Assembly: GCF_006345805.1 (NCBI RefSeq)
Contig: NC_043021.1
Coordinates: 12,338,001-12,402,000 of the forward strand
Direction of reading: 5' to 3'
Length of the DNA: 64,000 nt
Origin: Octopus sinensis
Lineage: Eukaryota
Both the position numbers and the translations under genes were made by a program. This document shows, piece after piece, positions 1 through 17,919 of this stretch. The first letter of the stretch is position 1; each line of letters starts with the position of its first letter. Under the pieces are notes generated by a model. It was not told where the DNA came from. It saw nothing but the letters and a program-made list of their open reading frames with translations, and ran no database searches.

Positions 1-355
1 TTTTCCTCTTCTCTTTTTTTTTTCTTTTTCATCTTTTGTTTTCTTTCTGTTCTTTTCCATCCTAATTTTCACTGCATATTTATTCCAATCCTCTTGTTCT
101 TTCCTTCTTTCTTTCTGTCTTTCTTTCTTTCTTTCCTTCTTTCCTTCTGTCTTTCTTTTTTTCCCTTCCTTCTTTCTTTCTTTCCTTCCTTCTTTCTTTC
201 TGTCTTTCTTATTTCCTTTCTTTCTTTCTTTCTTCGCTCTCTCTCTTTCTTAATTTCTTTCATGTTTGCCTTTCTCTTCCCTCTCTTTCTTTCCTGTATG
301 TTCTTCCCTCTATTTTTCTTTGTTAATTCTTTTTCTTTCTTCTTGTTCTTTCTTA
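1..355. repeat. Degenerate (TTTC/TTCC)n pyrimidine simple repeat
   Basis: Seen directly; the ORFs 69-263 and 94-360 are its translations. Confidence 0.9.
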
Positions 356-399
356 TATAAAGTTATTACAGCCGAGTGATATTTATTTATTTTCTTCTT

Positions 400-421
400 T
401 TTTCTTTTTTTCTTTTGCAAG
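400..421 (+). promoter_or_regulatory. Splice acceptor preceding the SARM1 coding exon (exon probably starts at 422; upstream 5'UTR exon(s) outside window)
   Basis: Polypyrimidine tract ending ttttcttttgcaag|G at 421, preceded by ~400 nt of CT/TTTC-rich sequence. Confidence 0.6.
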
Positions 422-582
422 GATTACATAAAGAAAATACTTCATATACTGATGACCAACGACTAAAAGAGAGAAGGTACTTCGACACAAGTTAATTCAA
501 CAACAGAAAAACGGAAAAAGAAACCAAAAACCAAACCCAAAAACAACAACAGCCTAAGAAAGCATTTAACAGAAACGGATTC

Positions 583-2064
583 ATGGAGATGGAAATAGTC
601 TCAGACGATGATGCCTGTGGTGCTAATAACTCCCATAATACGGTACGCCGTATTATGTCAGAAGGAATTTTACAAAACGATGATGGCGATACAGAAAAAT
701 TTGACCCTTACCGAGCCCTTGAAAGGTCCCAGTCTGATGCATCTCTAATTCAGAACTTTGAAAGTGGAATATCTTCGTCTGTCGATACGACAGATGACGA
801 AACTGTTCGTGTTAGAAATGTCGGACATAAGGTGTCCGAGTGCTCTACCGTGTATTACGACTTGTCGAAAGCCGTAGAGTGTGAAGTCAGCAAGACACAG
901 AAAGGCCGTCCCCGCACCCCACGTGCTCTGGAAACTATTCCTCAAGATGAAGAACTGCAAATTGAAAAACCCGTCAAAAATTTCTCGCGCTCTATTAGCA
1001 GTGAAAGTTCATCTAGCATTTACGAAGACAGTGGAACGACCTTCACACAGAAGCTGTGTAAGGAAGAGAAGAGTTATAGTTTTTCTTCATCGTCTTTGTC
1101 ATCGACATCTGTAAAATTTACCAAAGGTGGTCAGCAGGAGCAGATCGTTACAAAGAGCAAAACCACACTAAAGTCTACCATGCAGACATTCTCGCAGGAA
1201 CTGAGAAACAAAATTCACGTTTTACACATTGGCTCCACACCAGAACAGATCGCTGCTCTTCGAGAGATGCTTGCCTTAATTGAGAACGCTTGGTCGACAC
1301 CTGTTCACGGTCGAGATCTTGCTTATGGCCTCTGTGACATCATTCGCCATGAAGGTGCCCTCGAAAGGATTGTTAGCAACTGCGGTTCCTCAAACAAAGA
1401 CTTGTTGCGAGCATCTGGCCGAGTGTTAGAACAAATCATGACAACTGAAAACCGAGAAGCCGTGGCCAAAATTGGTCTCGATACGGTGGTGAAAATGACT
1501 TACAAAACCAAAAATATGTGTGATATGGCTCGTACTTCAACCGGAATACTTGAAAGTTTATTCAAAACTTCTGAGAATACGTGTGGAGAAGTGATCAAGC
1601 TCGGTGGATTAGATGTCGTGCTTCATTGGTGTCGGTACACGGACAGAATGACTCTACGTCACTGTGCTTTTGCCCTTGCTAATTTAGCCTTGTATGGAGG
1701 GCCCGAGAATCAGGAGCTGATGATAAAACACAAAGTCGCCGAATGGCTGTTTCCTTTAGCGTTTAATGACGACGACAGCATTCGCTACTATGCTTGCCTC
1801 GCCATTTCAGCCCTTGTTTCTAACAAAGAGATCGAAGCTGCTGTAGTCAAGTCCGGTACCATGGAACTTGTATTACCTTTCATTGAAAACCACACTCCTG
1901 CTGAATTTGCCCAAAGTGATCAGTCTCACCAGCATGGATGTGCCCGGGAATGGCTTACCCGTCTTATCCCAGTCCTTTCTAGCAAGCGTGAAGAAGCTCA
2001 AGCACTTGCTGCTTTTCATTTTGCGATGGAGGCAGGAATCAAAGCAGCACAAGATCACAAGGAG
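583..2064 (+). CDS. SARM1: SARM1 (sterile alpha and TIR motif-containing NADase), first coding exon: ~200-aa low-complexity N-terminus plus ARM domain (partial CDS)
   Basis: Translation contains SARM1/Ect4/TIR-1 ARM motifs: ENAWSTPVHGRDLAYGLCD, GRVLEQIMTTENR, WCRYTDRMTLRHCAFALANLALYGG, EWLFPLAF, RYYACLAI, AAFHFAMEAGIK. In-frame TAA at 493-495 precedes ATG 583. Phase-0 donor GAG|GTAAGA at 2064/2065. The ORF-track extension to 2361 is intron read-through. Confidence 0.95.
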
Positions 2065-2180
2065 GTAAGAAAACATCCATTGTATTTTTGTGTCTTTTTC
2101 CAAAGAATTCATGCAACTATTTCACATAATTTCTCTGTATTGAATATTCAAAGAGTACCTAATCTGAAATTACTGCTGAC

Positions 2181-8075
<5,895 letters not shown>

Positions 8076-8162
8076 TAGAAATATTATTATTTCTAGGTCT
8101 CTCTAAAGGAGACTACGCCCATCAGTACTGGATATTAATAGTTATCGCCAAGCAATCCATAA

Positions 8163-8320
8163 ATATAGGACAAATGCTGCCGTTGATTAGCTCCAAGAGG
8201 CCATTGCCTCTAGCTAGCTATGTGACACACGAACCTGTGTCCATTATAACCTTCGAATAGGGGAAGCGGCCGACCTCCCCTGTTTGAAGGTTATAATCAA
8301 TGGCAGCATTCATCCTATAT
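8163..8320. other. Highly structured multi-hairpin element embedded in (TA)n
   Basis: Outer stem 8163-8189/8294-8320; inner 22-bp hairpin 8243-8264/8276-8297 with 11-nt loop; small hairpins GAGGC/GCCTC and GACACA/TGTGTC. Confidence 0.7.
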
Positions 8321-8517
8321 ATATATATATGGCTGTTTGTTGACAACTTTTTCTACCTTGTAAGTATATTAATACCCAATTTTAATGGTGATACTGCTTT
8401 CAGAAATATCACTTTCTTGTTTGTGTCATACGATATACATTCAACGTTTCTAAAATAACAAATGTAAGTTTGGTTATATACACACACATGGTTGATATCT
8501 ATCTATCTATCTATCTA

Positions 8518-8604
<87 letters not shown>

Positions 8605-8605
8605 A

Positions 8606-8638
<33 letters not shown>

Positions 8639-8937
8639 GCACATCTTACAGCTCTATACTTTTGAGTGTGCTAAGAAGGCTTTGTTGTGACTACATGGTT
8701 CTAGGTTCATTCCCACTGCATGTTTTCTATTGTAGCCTTGGGTTTAGCAAATAGATTTTAAGTAAAAATCTGGTAGACAAGAACTGTGTAAATGCCATGC
8801 TTCTACATATGTGTGTATGCGTGTAAAGTGACCCATAGAATCTAGGGCTTACAAAGAATAAGCTCTGGAGTCAATTTGCACAACTAAATGTGGTGCTCCA
8901 GCATGACTGCAGTAAAATGAGTGAAACAAATAAAAGA

Positions 8938-8969
<32 letters not shown>

Positions 8970-9045
8970 ATTAATAATTGCTTTTCCATGCTGACTACCT
9001 GATAATTATCATTAACATGATTTTTATCATTTCTTTATGAATACA

Positions 9046-9101
<56 letters not shown>

Positions 9102-9249
9102 CATTGTCATCATCATGTAATGTCTACATTCCAGGGTGGTGTGGGTGGGACATACACACACACACAATGTACATATGTATATATATATATATAAGAAATT
9201 AACTGTGTAAAAGTCAATACGAAGAGTACTCCATCCAATGAGAGTTCAA

Positions 9250-9505
9250 TATTACTAAATGTTTCAACTACATGTACTTATCATGCTGCTAATAGTTTCC
9301 CGGTTTGTTTTTATTTTATTTTATTTTACTCATCAAGGTGGTGTCTTCCATTAGACGTGCTTTATCTTTGTGCCAGATCTAAACTATTCCTCAATTTAAA
9401 TTAAAGTTTTGGGAGTATAGTGCGATTGACACCTGATGAACGTACGCATGTACGGGAAACTATTAGTAGCTTGTAAAGTACATGTAGTTGAAACATTTAG
9501 TAATA
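9250..9505. repeat. 53-bp inverted repeat (49/53 match) whose right arm overlaps an HHR-like core
   Basis: Arms 9250-9302 and 9453-9505; GACAC-CTGATGA-A-CGTAC-GCAT-GTACG-G-GAAAC at 9428-9460. Confidence 0.75.
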
Positions 9506-10980
9506 CACATATATATATATATAGGGCAAATAAGAAAACGGAGAGGATATAAAGTCGACAGACATCAGCCAGTAAACATTCAAGTATGTCTATTTATTCA
9601 ATTGTAAAGGATGAATACACGCACATGCATGAGTGGTACAGATAAACGAGTGGGGAAAAAGCTGGTAACTGCATAGACAAGGGTGTGGATACATTTAAGT
9701 ATATAGAAACAAATGAGCAAATGAGCAAAAATATAAATGGGTGAGCAGGTACAAGTTCCTTACGGCCGTTTCTGCCATGAGGCAACAAAATCTTCCAGGT
9801 TATCTCCATCACTTGTTATGCAGGGATAAACAGACAAGGCTCGGATAATGGATGTGCCCCTAGGCTTCTTCAGAGGGTCTAAGTAGTTGGTGGTAGGGGG
9901 TGGGGTCTAACGCATATAAAAGTCAATTAAGAATAGATAAGGTGTGCTTATTCTTTTAAATAGAGTAGAATAAGAATAATAATAAGAGCAAGAACAAGAA
10001 TACAAGTGAAATACAACAGAGTACAATAATATGGGTTTCTCAACCTCTAACTCACAAATATATATATATATATATTGTTAGAAATGGTAAGACAACACAA
10101 GAATGAAAGAGACCTCGATATTATGTAAATAGAGGAATTTATCTGTAAATGTAATATGTGACACTTATTCAGTAGCCATGATAAAACTCTGGGTTTCAGA
10201 TGTTGGGGTGGAAATCCATGCCGCCATCGGAAAAAATGCTATATATAAAGGCTAAAACCTTGTGAATGGATTTGGTAAGCAGAAACTGAAAGAAGTTTGT
10301 TGTGTATCTATGTGTGTGTGTATAGGTAAACATACCTGACATAGGGCCATGAAATCTTGCCACTGGATTTTGCCTCTCACTGTGGTAACAGAGAGATGAT
10401 GCATGTATTTTATATATGTATATGATTTAATTGCCGCCAAGTTTAGGTTACAATATGATGCAAGGAATTCATTCAGACAGGGTACTCAAGACTTGTTGAT
10501 GGAATTATTCAACTGTTTCAGGAAATGTCAGTACAAGTTTCTTTGATTAGTCTGTCTCTCTTCAACTAATTTTTTTATGATGATTAGCGTTAAGCATAAA
10601 CATATGGGGAAATTGTTTCATTGCTGTTGACATACATCAAGCCTAACAAATAAATAAAATGGCCAATGTTTAAGAGAACCATTAATTTGAAAGAGGATAT
10701 GTTATAAAATAAGAGTTAAATTTGTATGAAGAGTATAAATTTTTTCAAATATTTATGGAGAAATGGGAAATTCATAAACATTTTCCACCTTCAGGTGAAT
10801 CGGCTGCTTACTTTGAGTGCTGCTCCAAATTAATAAAAATAATTGCTGGATATGAAGAGAATCCGTAATCTTAAATCAAATTCTTCTTTTTAGACAATCT
10901 GTCATGTAATCCTGTATTCTCCTGTACCCTTCATGAACCTTTAGTGGTTAATAAAAGCAACATTATTATCATTATTATTA

Positions 10981-12070
10981 CTAGCAGAAAGACCGCCCTT
11001 TGGGTGGGTTTCTGCTAGCCCCTTGATAATATTTTCATATTTGATTCCCAATTCTAATAATTTTTATATTTTATGTCCAATTATTTCTTTGGATAATAGT
11101 GCTCCCTTGCTTAGTAAATATTGCTTTCCTTTTTTTATCACAGTCATAATTTCTCTCTTTTAAACAAACATCATGGTAGTCCAACAACAGAGGGAGAAGC
11201 AATTTGTCAAGTTTTACCTTCCCCTCAAAGCAACATAGAGATTACAATTCAGCAGCCCATTTGTAAGCTTTGCAGTGTGTGAGAGAGAGAGAGGGAAAAA
11301 TAATATTGCAAACAATGAATGAAATAAACATGAAATGAAAAAAATCACATAAATAAAAGGGCATTACTACAGATGTATATGCCCCTGACTTTGTTACCTC
11401 ATAACATCCAGAAAAATGAATACTTTATGACAAAATTTTCTACAAATACCACTTAGATGTTATGGCTTCAGAGTATATAGGGATTTAAGGGAACGAATTT
11501 TTCCAAGGGGGTGGAGAGGGGAGTTTTGGAAAATTCACACAATCTGACTTGTTTCCCTCGTAACTTTAATGAAAATTTATACAAATCCCTTTCAAATGAC
11601 ATAGATTACGATTTTAAAGAAATTTGTGGGGAAAATTTTTTTGAGGATTTTCCCCATTTTTTTAAACCACAACCTTCAAAATGAGGGGGTTTTGTGGGCG
11701 GGGAGGGGGGCATCTTTGTATGAAAAATTTTTGAAAACTCTTCCCTCATCATCCCACTCTGGAATTATTTTGGCCAATTTTTTTTTGCACTTCAAAACAA
11801 CGGGAAAAGTATTTTCCATTAAAAGAAAAAAAATTTTCAGAGGAAAAAGTGAGTGATTTAAGGGTGATTTGGCTGTTGTTTCTAGCACATCCAAAGACAA
11901 CCCTCTTCGTTTGTTTATCACTCTTGCATGTATTGAGGGTTTTTCAATATTTTCCCCCCATAAATACATTTATATGTCATAAAAAAGAAAATTTAAGAAA
12001 TTATGAATCTTTGGCATCCCCACTCCCTACCCCCGATTGTTTCTGTTTAGAAATTAAAATATTTCTAAAA
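10981..12070. mobile_element. Putative non-autonomous Helitron/Helentron-like (HINE-type) element
   Basis: Begins with terminal hairpin CTAGCAGAAA-GACCGCCC-TTT-GGGTGG-GTTTCTGCTAG after TTATTA; AT-rich non-coding body. Classification is inference only. Confidence 0.3.
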
Positions 12071-12080
12071 TATTAAAATA

Positions 12081-12440
12081 GGCGTAGGAGTGGCTGTGTG
12101 GTAAGTAGCTTGCTTCTGAACAACATGGTTCCGGGTTCCGTCCCACTGCGTGGCACCTTGAGCAAGTGTCTTCTACTATAGCCTCAGGCCGACCAAAGCC
12201 TTGTGAGTGGATTTGGTGGACAGAGACTGAAAGAAGCCTGTCGTATATATGTATATATATATGTGTGTGCATGTGTTTGTCCCCCCCAACATCGCTTGAC
12301 AACCAGTGCTGGTGTGTTTATGTCCCCGTAATTTAGCGGTTCGGCAAAAGAGTCCGATAGAATAAATACTAGGCTTACAAAAATTAAGTCCTGGGGTCGA
12401 TTTTGCATGGCCACAGTCAAATGACTGAAAAGTAAAACAG
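12081..12440 (+). mobile_element. tRNA-derived SINE, family A
   Basis: A-box TGGCTGTGTGG, B-box GGTTCCGTCC, internal (TA)/(TG) tract, tail ...CAAATGACTGAAA. Other copies near 15073-15490(+), 34977-35355(+), 40163-41050(+, interrupted), 50820-50990(+), 53857-54240(-), 54355-54600(+), 63193-63550(+). Confidence 0.85.
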
Positions 12441-12480
12441 TATTGGAGAGCTGACATTTATCCACAGTGATTTAAAAAAA

Positions 12481-12730
12481 TTACAGAGATATACTTGTAT
12501 AGTAAGTGACTTGATCTGAAATCGTGTGCTGAAACAAAAACAACTGCAGTGTAGAAGATGTTTGTAAGCTATTCAATATCACACAAAAACCATTAGTTTC
12601 ACTTCAACATTTAGATTTAATTTGTGTCAAAATATTTTCTGTGCTTTGAAACCCTAACCTGTTAACTGACAAAACTTCACAAAAGTGATGCAACACAAAG
12701 TTTTGTCAGTGAACAGGTTTCGGGGGTAAA
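12481..12730. mobile_element. Fold-back/MITE-like repeat (family H) with internal hairpin
   Basis: TACAGAGAT(A/G)TACTTG start shared with 53000-53205; inverted fragment at ~57660-57830; arms 12651-12677/12698-12727. Confidence 0.5.
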
Positions 12731-13619
12731 AATTCAGATTACAATTTATTTTGTTGTTTTTCTTCCACCAATGGACCCCACATTTGTTACTTCAGCATTA
12801 TCATTCCATAAAATGTGTTTAATAGGAGAAAAATATTGAAAAAACATCAATACTTGTGAGAGTGAAAAGGGGAAAATGGCCAAAATTGGTCCCGATAGTT
12901 ATTATTGCAAGGCTTATAGTGTTCCAAATAGCCATAACAACAAAATCACTTTAAAATTTTTTTACAAAAGTTATACAGGTATTTTAAGAAATTTTCATTC
13001 AATAAATAATGTTTTTACATTACGTATACATTAATAGAATAAAACTGTCAGTTTTCCAAATATTGAATTAAAGCTTGAAATGAAAACATTGAAAGAAAAA
13101 GTGAGACTCTGCAAGTAAAAATGGAATACTCCGCAGTGAATGCAATGAATATATAAATTTGTGAAGAATTGGACGCAGTGAATGCAATGAATTATTTATT
13201 ATGTGAGAAATTGGAGTTAAAAAAATTCAGTAAACTTGAGAAATTATAGAAGGGAAGGCTCTCCTTTGCCCTTGCAGGGAATGGAGCTAGAAGGGTTGAA
13301 AAGATGGCAGACAAATTGCCACATTTAATTAATTAAAGTAAAGTTAATTAAAGTAAATTGTTTTTTTTCTTTTAAGCTGTAATTTTGAGAAATTAGGGAG
13401 TTGTGTGTTGAAAGAAGAATTATATGGACACGAATTGTTGTTTTCTGTTCACATTAATGAAGAAGGGTGGTTGCTTAAAAAATATTTCTCTGGTATTTTG
13501 GGGTGAGTGGGGTCTCGTTTGTGAACCATTGGAGCAAATGACAAAGAATAGGACTACGAAGCTATGCAGACCCAACCAATACCATTCCATTGTAAGGAAA
13601 TAGATGTAAAATAGAAATA

Positions 13620-14065
13620 GGTGATGATGATGATGATCAGGGCAGCCATGATATTGAGGATGAGGATGATGATGACAATGATGATAATGGTAGTGATGGC
13701 GATAATGGTGGTGGTAATAATGATGACAAAGATGATGATTATGATGATGATAATGATGATGGCGACAATGACAGGTGACAATAATGAGAATGGCCACGAC
13801 AACAATGATTATTACGATGATGATAACAACGGTAGGCAATGACAATGATGTTGACTACAAGGATGATGATGATGATGACAACATTGATGACAATGATGAT
13901 AATGATAACAATGGTGGTGATGATGATGACGATGGCAATATGATGATGATGATGATGATGATGATGGTGACAACAACAACGAGAATGGAGATGTTGACTA
14001 TTATGATGATTATGATGACAAAGAGGAAAATGATGTTGGTGGTGATGATGATGACGACGACGACA
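13620..14065. repeat. (GAT)n-type degenerate trinucleotide repeat
   Basis: Seen directly. Confidence 0.9.
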
Positions 14066-14399
14066 ATTTCGAAGCTCTAATTTCCAGTCACATTAAAACT
14101 TACCAGTCATGTCGAAATTTTGATTTGACTTGCTAAAAAAGCAATTTATCTGGTTTGTTTGTAACTTAAATAGAAATACAATCTTCTTAATCAGTTATGC
14201 TTTATCTCTTTATGAATATATATGATGAATGAATGAACCCACACACACACATGCATACACACACACACAAACACACGACAAACTGGGAGGTGGAGGAGGA
14301 GGTTTGATGGATCAGAATGACAAAAGGATGGCAACATTGGCTCTTCTTTAGAACCATCAGACAAGTGATGCCAGATGGAAAATGAGATCTTAAGAGGAT

Positions 14400-14940
14400 A
14401 ATGATAACAGTAGTGGTGGTGATGGTGGCAGCAGTAGTAGTGGGGGGGGTGGAGACAATGGTGGTGGTAGAGGTAGTGGTGGTGGTAGTGGTGGTGGTGA
14501 TGGTGGTAGTGGTGGTGGCGGTGGCAGTGGCGGCAGTGGTGGTGATGGTAGCAGTGGTGGTGGTGACAGCAGCAGTAGTGGTGGCAGCAGTGGTGGTGGT
14601 GGTAGCAGCAGTGGTGGTGATGGCAGCAGTGGTGGTGGTGGTAGCAGCAGTGGTGGTGGTGGTGGCAGCAGTGCTGGTGGTGGCAGCAGTGGTGGTGGTG
14701 GTGGTGGTGATAGTGATTGTGGCAGTGGTAGTAGTGGTAGCAGTAGTGACAGCAGTAGTAGTGCTGATTGTGGTGGCAACAATGGTGGTTGTAGTGGTGA
14801 TGGTGATGTTGATTCAGTAATAAGGGTGATGGTGGCAGTAGCAGCACCGGTGGTGTTGGTGGCAATGATTATGGTATTGGTGATGGTAGTAGTAGTAGTA
14901 GTGGTAGTGGTGGTGGTAGTGGTAATAACAATGATGATGA
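14400..14940. repeat. (GGT/AGT/GCA)n degenerate trinucleotide repeat
   Basis: Seen directly; source of the poly-V/P/H ORFs. Confidence 0.9.
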
Positions 14941-16774
14941 GAATGAATATTGACAGCTAGTATCTTCTAAGACAAGAAAAAAAAGGAGAAACATTTTCTT
15001 TAGAAGATTAATTAATAATTTTGGTTTTATTTTAGTATTTTCCTTTTTTTTTGTTGTTGTTGTTTTGTACAGGCATGGCTGTGTGGTTAAGAAGCTTGTT
15101 TTGCAACCACATGGTTTTGGGTTCAGTCCCACTGTGCAACACCCTGGGCAAGTGTCTACTACTACTACTACTACTGCTACTACTACAGCCTCAGGCCAAT
15201 ACATGCCTTGTGAGTGAATTTGGTAGACAGAAACTGTGTTGAAGCCCTTCATATATATATATATATGTGTGCATGTGTGCCTTTGTTTCCCCCCAACCAC
15301 ACCACTTGACAACAAGTGTTGGTTTGTTTACATCCCCATAACATAGCAGTATGGTAAAAAAAGAACCCCCCAAAATCTAAGGAATATGTACAAAACTTAA
15401 AAACAAGTCCTGGGGTTAATTTGATTGACTAAACTCTCCCATGCAGTACTCCAGCATGGCCACAGTGTAATAAGTGAGACAACTAAATAACAAAACATTA
15501 AAGATAAGATGTATGTCCCATATTCAACCTCGTGATTCGTTTTAAAGTCAACCCTTTAATCTAAATTCTTGACATAATGCTGAAATGTAAACAAGCTAAT
15601 TCACAACAATAGATGTAATAGTCTCATAGCTTCATGCTGGCAGTATCGGAATGACTGACATTTCTTCATAGAGTAACAAACAAACAACACCAATTTACTC
15701 TAAGGAAGGCACTGTTTTCTTGTTTCTTGTGACCGTGGCCTTTATATTAGATAACCATCCTGCTGTTTAGCCTCTTTCTTCTGCTCTGCCTACCACTGTT
15801 ATTATTACGCTCAGGAGTCAACTTGTTAACGCAACAATATCATTTGTTTGCCTCACATGACCACCCTGTTTCAATAGGATTGTCTCTTTCTCTCTCTTAC
15901 TAACTGTGTCTGATGTCAGTGTTTTCTCACATGATCAGGCGGTGAGCTGGCAAAATTGTTTGCAAAGCTGAACAAAATGTTTACTGACATTTCATCTGTC
16001 TCTGCTCTGAGTTCAAATTCCGCTGGGGTCAGCTTTACCTTTCATTCTTTCAGGGTCAATGAAAATAAGTACCAGGTGAACACTGGGGTCAATGTAATTG
16101 ATTTAACCCCTCCCTGAAATTGCTGGCCTTGTGCCAAAATTTGAAACCATTTCCCACATAGCACTCTGTTTCAGTAGGTTTCTTTCTCTCTCTCTCTCTC
16201 TCTCTCACTCAATATCTGATGTCAATATTCCCCACTTTGTCCTTTGTCCTTTTAAGGTCATTACAGTAAAAAAAGTACCAATGAATTAACGAGGTCTATG
16301 ATATTAATTTATCCTTCCCCTCAAAACAGCTAGTCATGTACCTGTATTAGAAATCAAGAGTTCCCAAATATTGTCTTAAAATATGCATTGTGTTCTTGAG
16401 CAAAACACTTCGTTTCCTATTGCTCCAGTCCACTCATCATCATCATTATCATCATCATTGTTTAACATCCGTTTTCCATGCTAGCATGGGTTGGACAGTT
16501 CAACCGGGGTCTGGGAAGCCAGGAGGCTGCACCAGGCTCCAGTCTGATCTGGCAGTGTTTCTACACCTGGATGCCCTTCCTAACGCCAACTGCTCTGTGA
16601 GTGTAGTGGTTGCTTTTTACATGCCACTGGCACAGGTGCCAGGGGAGGCTGGCAAAAATGAGTAATTGTTCAGTGGACCGGGGTCCAATCCTGGCAGGGA
16701 ATATATATGCTTTGGAACATGGGAAACTGGCCCTTATGAGTTAGTATGACTCATGAGGGTACTTTTGGTGGAGA

Positions 16775-17010
16775 TGCTGCCCGGCTTAGTGGTTAGGGTG
16801 TTGGACTCCTGATTGTAAGGTTATGGTTTAAATTCCTGGACTGGGCAGTACGTTGTGTTCTTGAGCAAAACACTTCGTTTCACATTGCTCCAGTCCACTC
16901 AACTGGCAAAATTAAATAATCCTTCGATGGACTGGCACCCCATCCAGATGGGGAATATATATGCCATGGGAACCGGGAAACCGGCCCTTGTGAGTTAGTG
17001 GGACTCGAGA
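16775..17010 (+). mobile_element. tRNA-derived SINE, family G
   Basis: GGCTTAGTGGTTAGG A-box; GTGTTCTTGAGCAAAACAC core; CGATGGACTGGCACCCCATCCAG segment. Related copies at 51483-51725 and 16388-16760 (the latter interrupted by an RTE-tail copy). Confidence 0.7.
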
Positions 17011-17919
17011 AAAAAACTTTACCTTTACTTTACTCTCATCTGTCAGTCTGGGACTGTGGAAACTAGGTACAGTTGTTGATGTTTCAGTGAACCAGGCTTC
17101 TCTCCAGTTTTTGAGAAAAGTGATGGCCTCTTTCCTTGATTGGTGCTTACAGAACTGAATGACTTCATAACAAACTCAAAAGTTGTTTTTTTTCCCCCAA
17201 GTTTAAACTATTCTTTAAAATAATACATTTATATAACTAAAACTGTAATTGTTTTAGCAAATAGATTTTTAATTAACTATTGTTAATTACGTTCTTGTAC
17301 TGTCTCATTAAAATAGACTTAAATATTTCAGAAGTTTTCATTAAAGCGCAATCAGAAAATTAAACAAATTAAATAATATATTCAAGATTAATGAAACAGC
17401 TTGGTTTAATTTAAAAACGGAAAATTTTGTCATTATTTTCTATTTTGCATGCATAGAAAGTATCTTTCAATAACATTTTAAAAGAAAATAATATTTTTTT
17501 TTTCCTTTCACTATTAAATAACAAACAAATAATTAGCTGTTCTACTGTTGATGACCTGAAATATTTAATTAGTTAAAATAAGAAACTAAAGGTTAGTAAT
17601 ATTCAACTCCCTGCAAATGTTACTAAAACTAGAAATAAACAGTTTGTGGCTAACTTCAAGTAAAAATAAAAATAACGAAGTCTTTAATTGTATTCATTTA
17701 ATTAAAGATGACATTATACTTGTTTACTAAACAAAACGTCAGCCAAACCAACAATAGTCTCTACGGCTGTATGAACCCAATAAAAATAATAGTCAAATCT
17801 CCCTCAAATCGCAGACCCTAAACCTTAACAGTAATATCCTTTTTTTTAAACTTTAAAGGTACATTAGATAATGTAATCGTAGATAGACAATGTCTAAATG
17901 ATAATTCTTTCTATTAAAG

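Noticed and set aside
10175-10235. Possible HHR on the minus strand (GAAAC-CCAGA-GTT)
   Set aside because: No CTGANGA box is present in this copy.
10795-10870. Plus-strand pseudo-exon (GESAAYFECCSKLIKIIAGYEENP); similar cases at ~34592 and ~63584
   Set aside because: Wrong phase or early stops, and none encodes the expected VFxEIGAI continuation.
12081-12160. tRNA genes (A/B boxes at many SINE heads)
   Set aside because: Acceptor stems and cloverleafs are incomplete and each continues into a SINE body.
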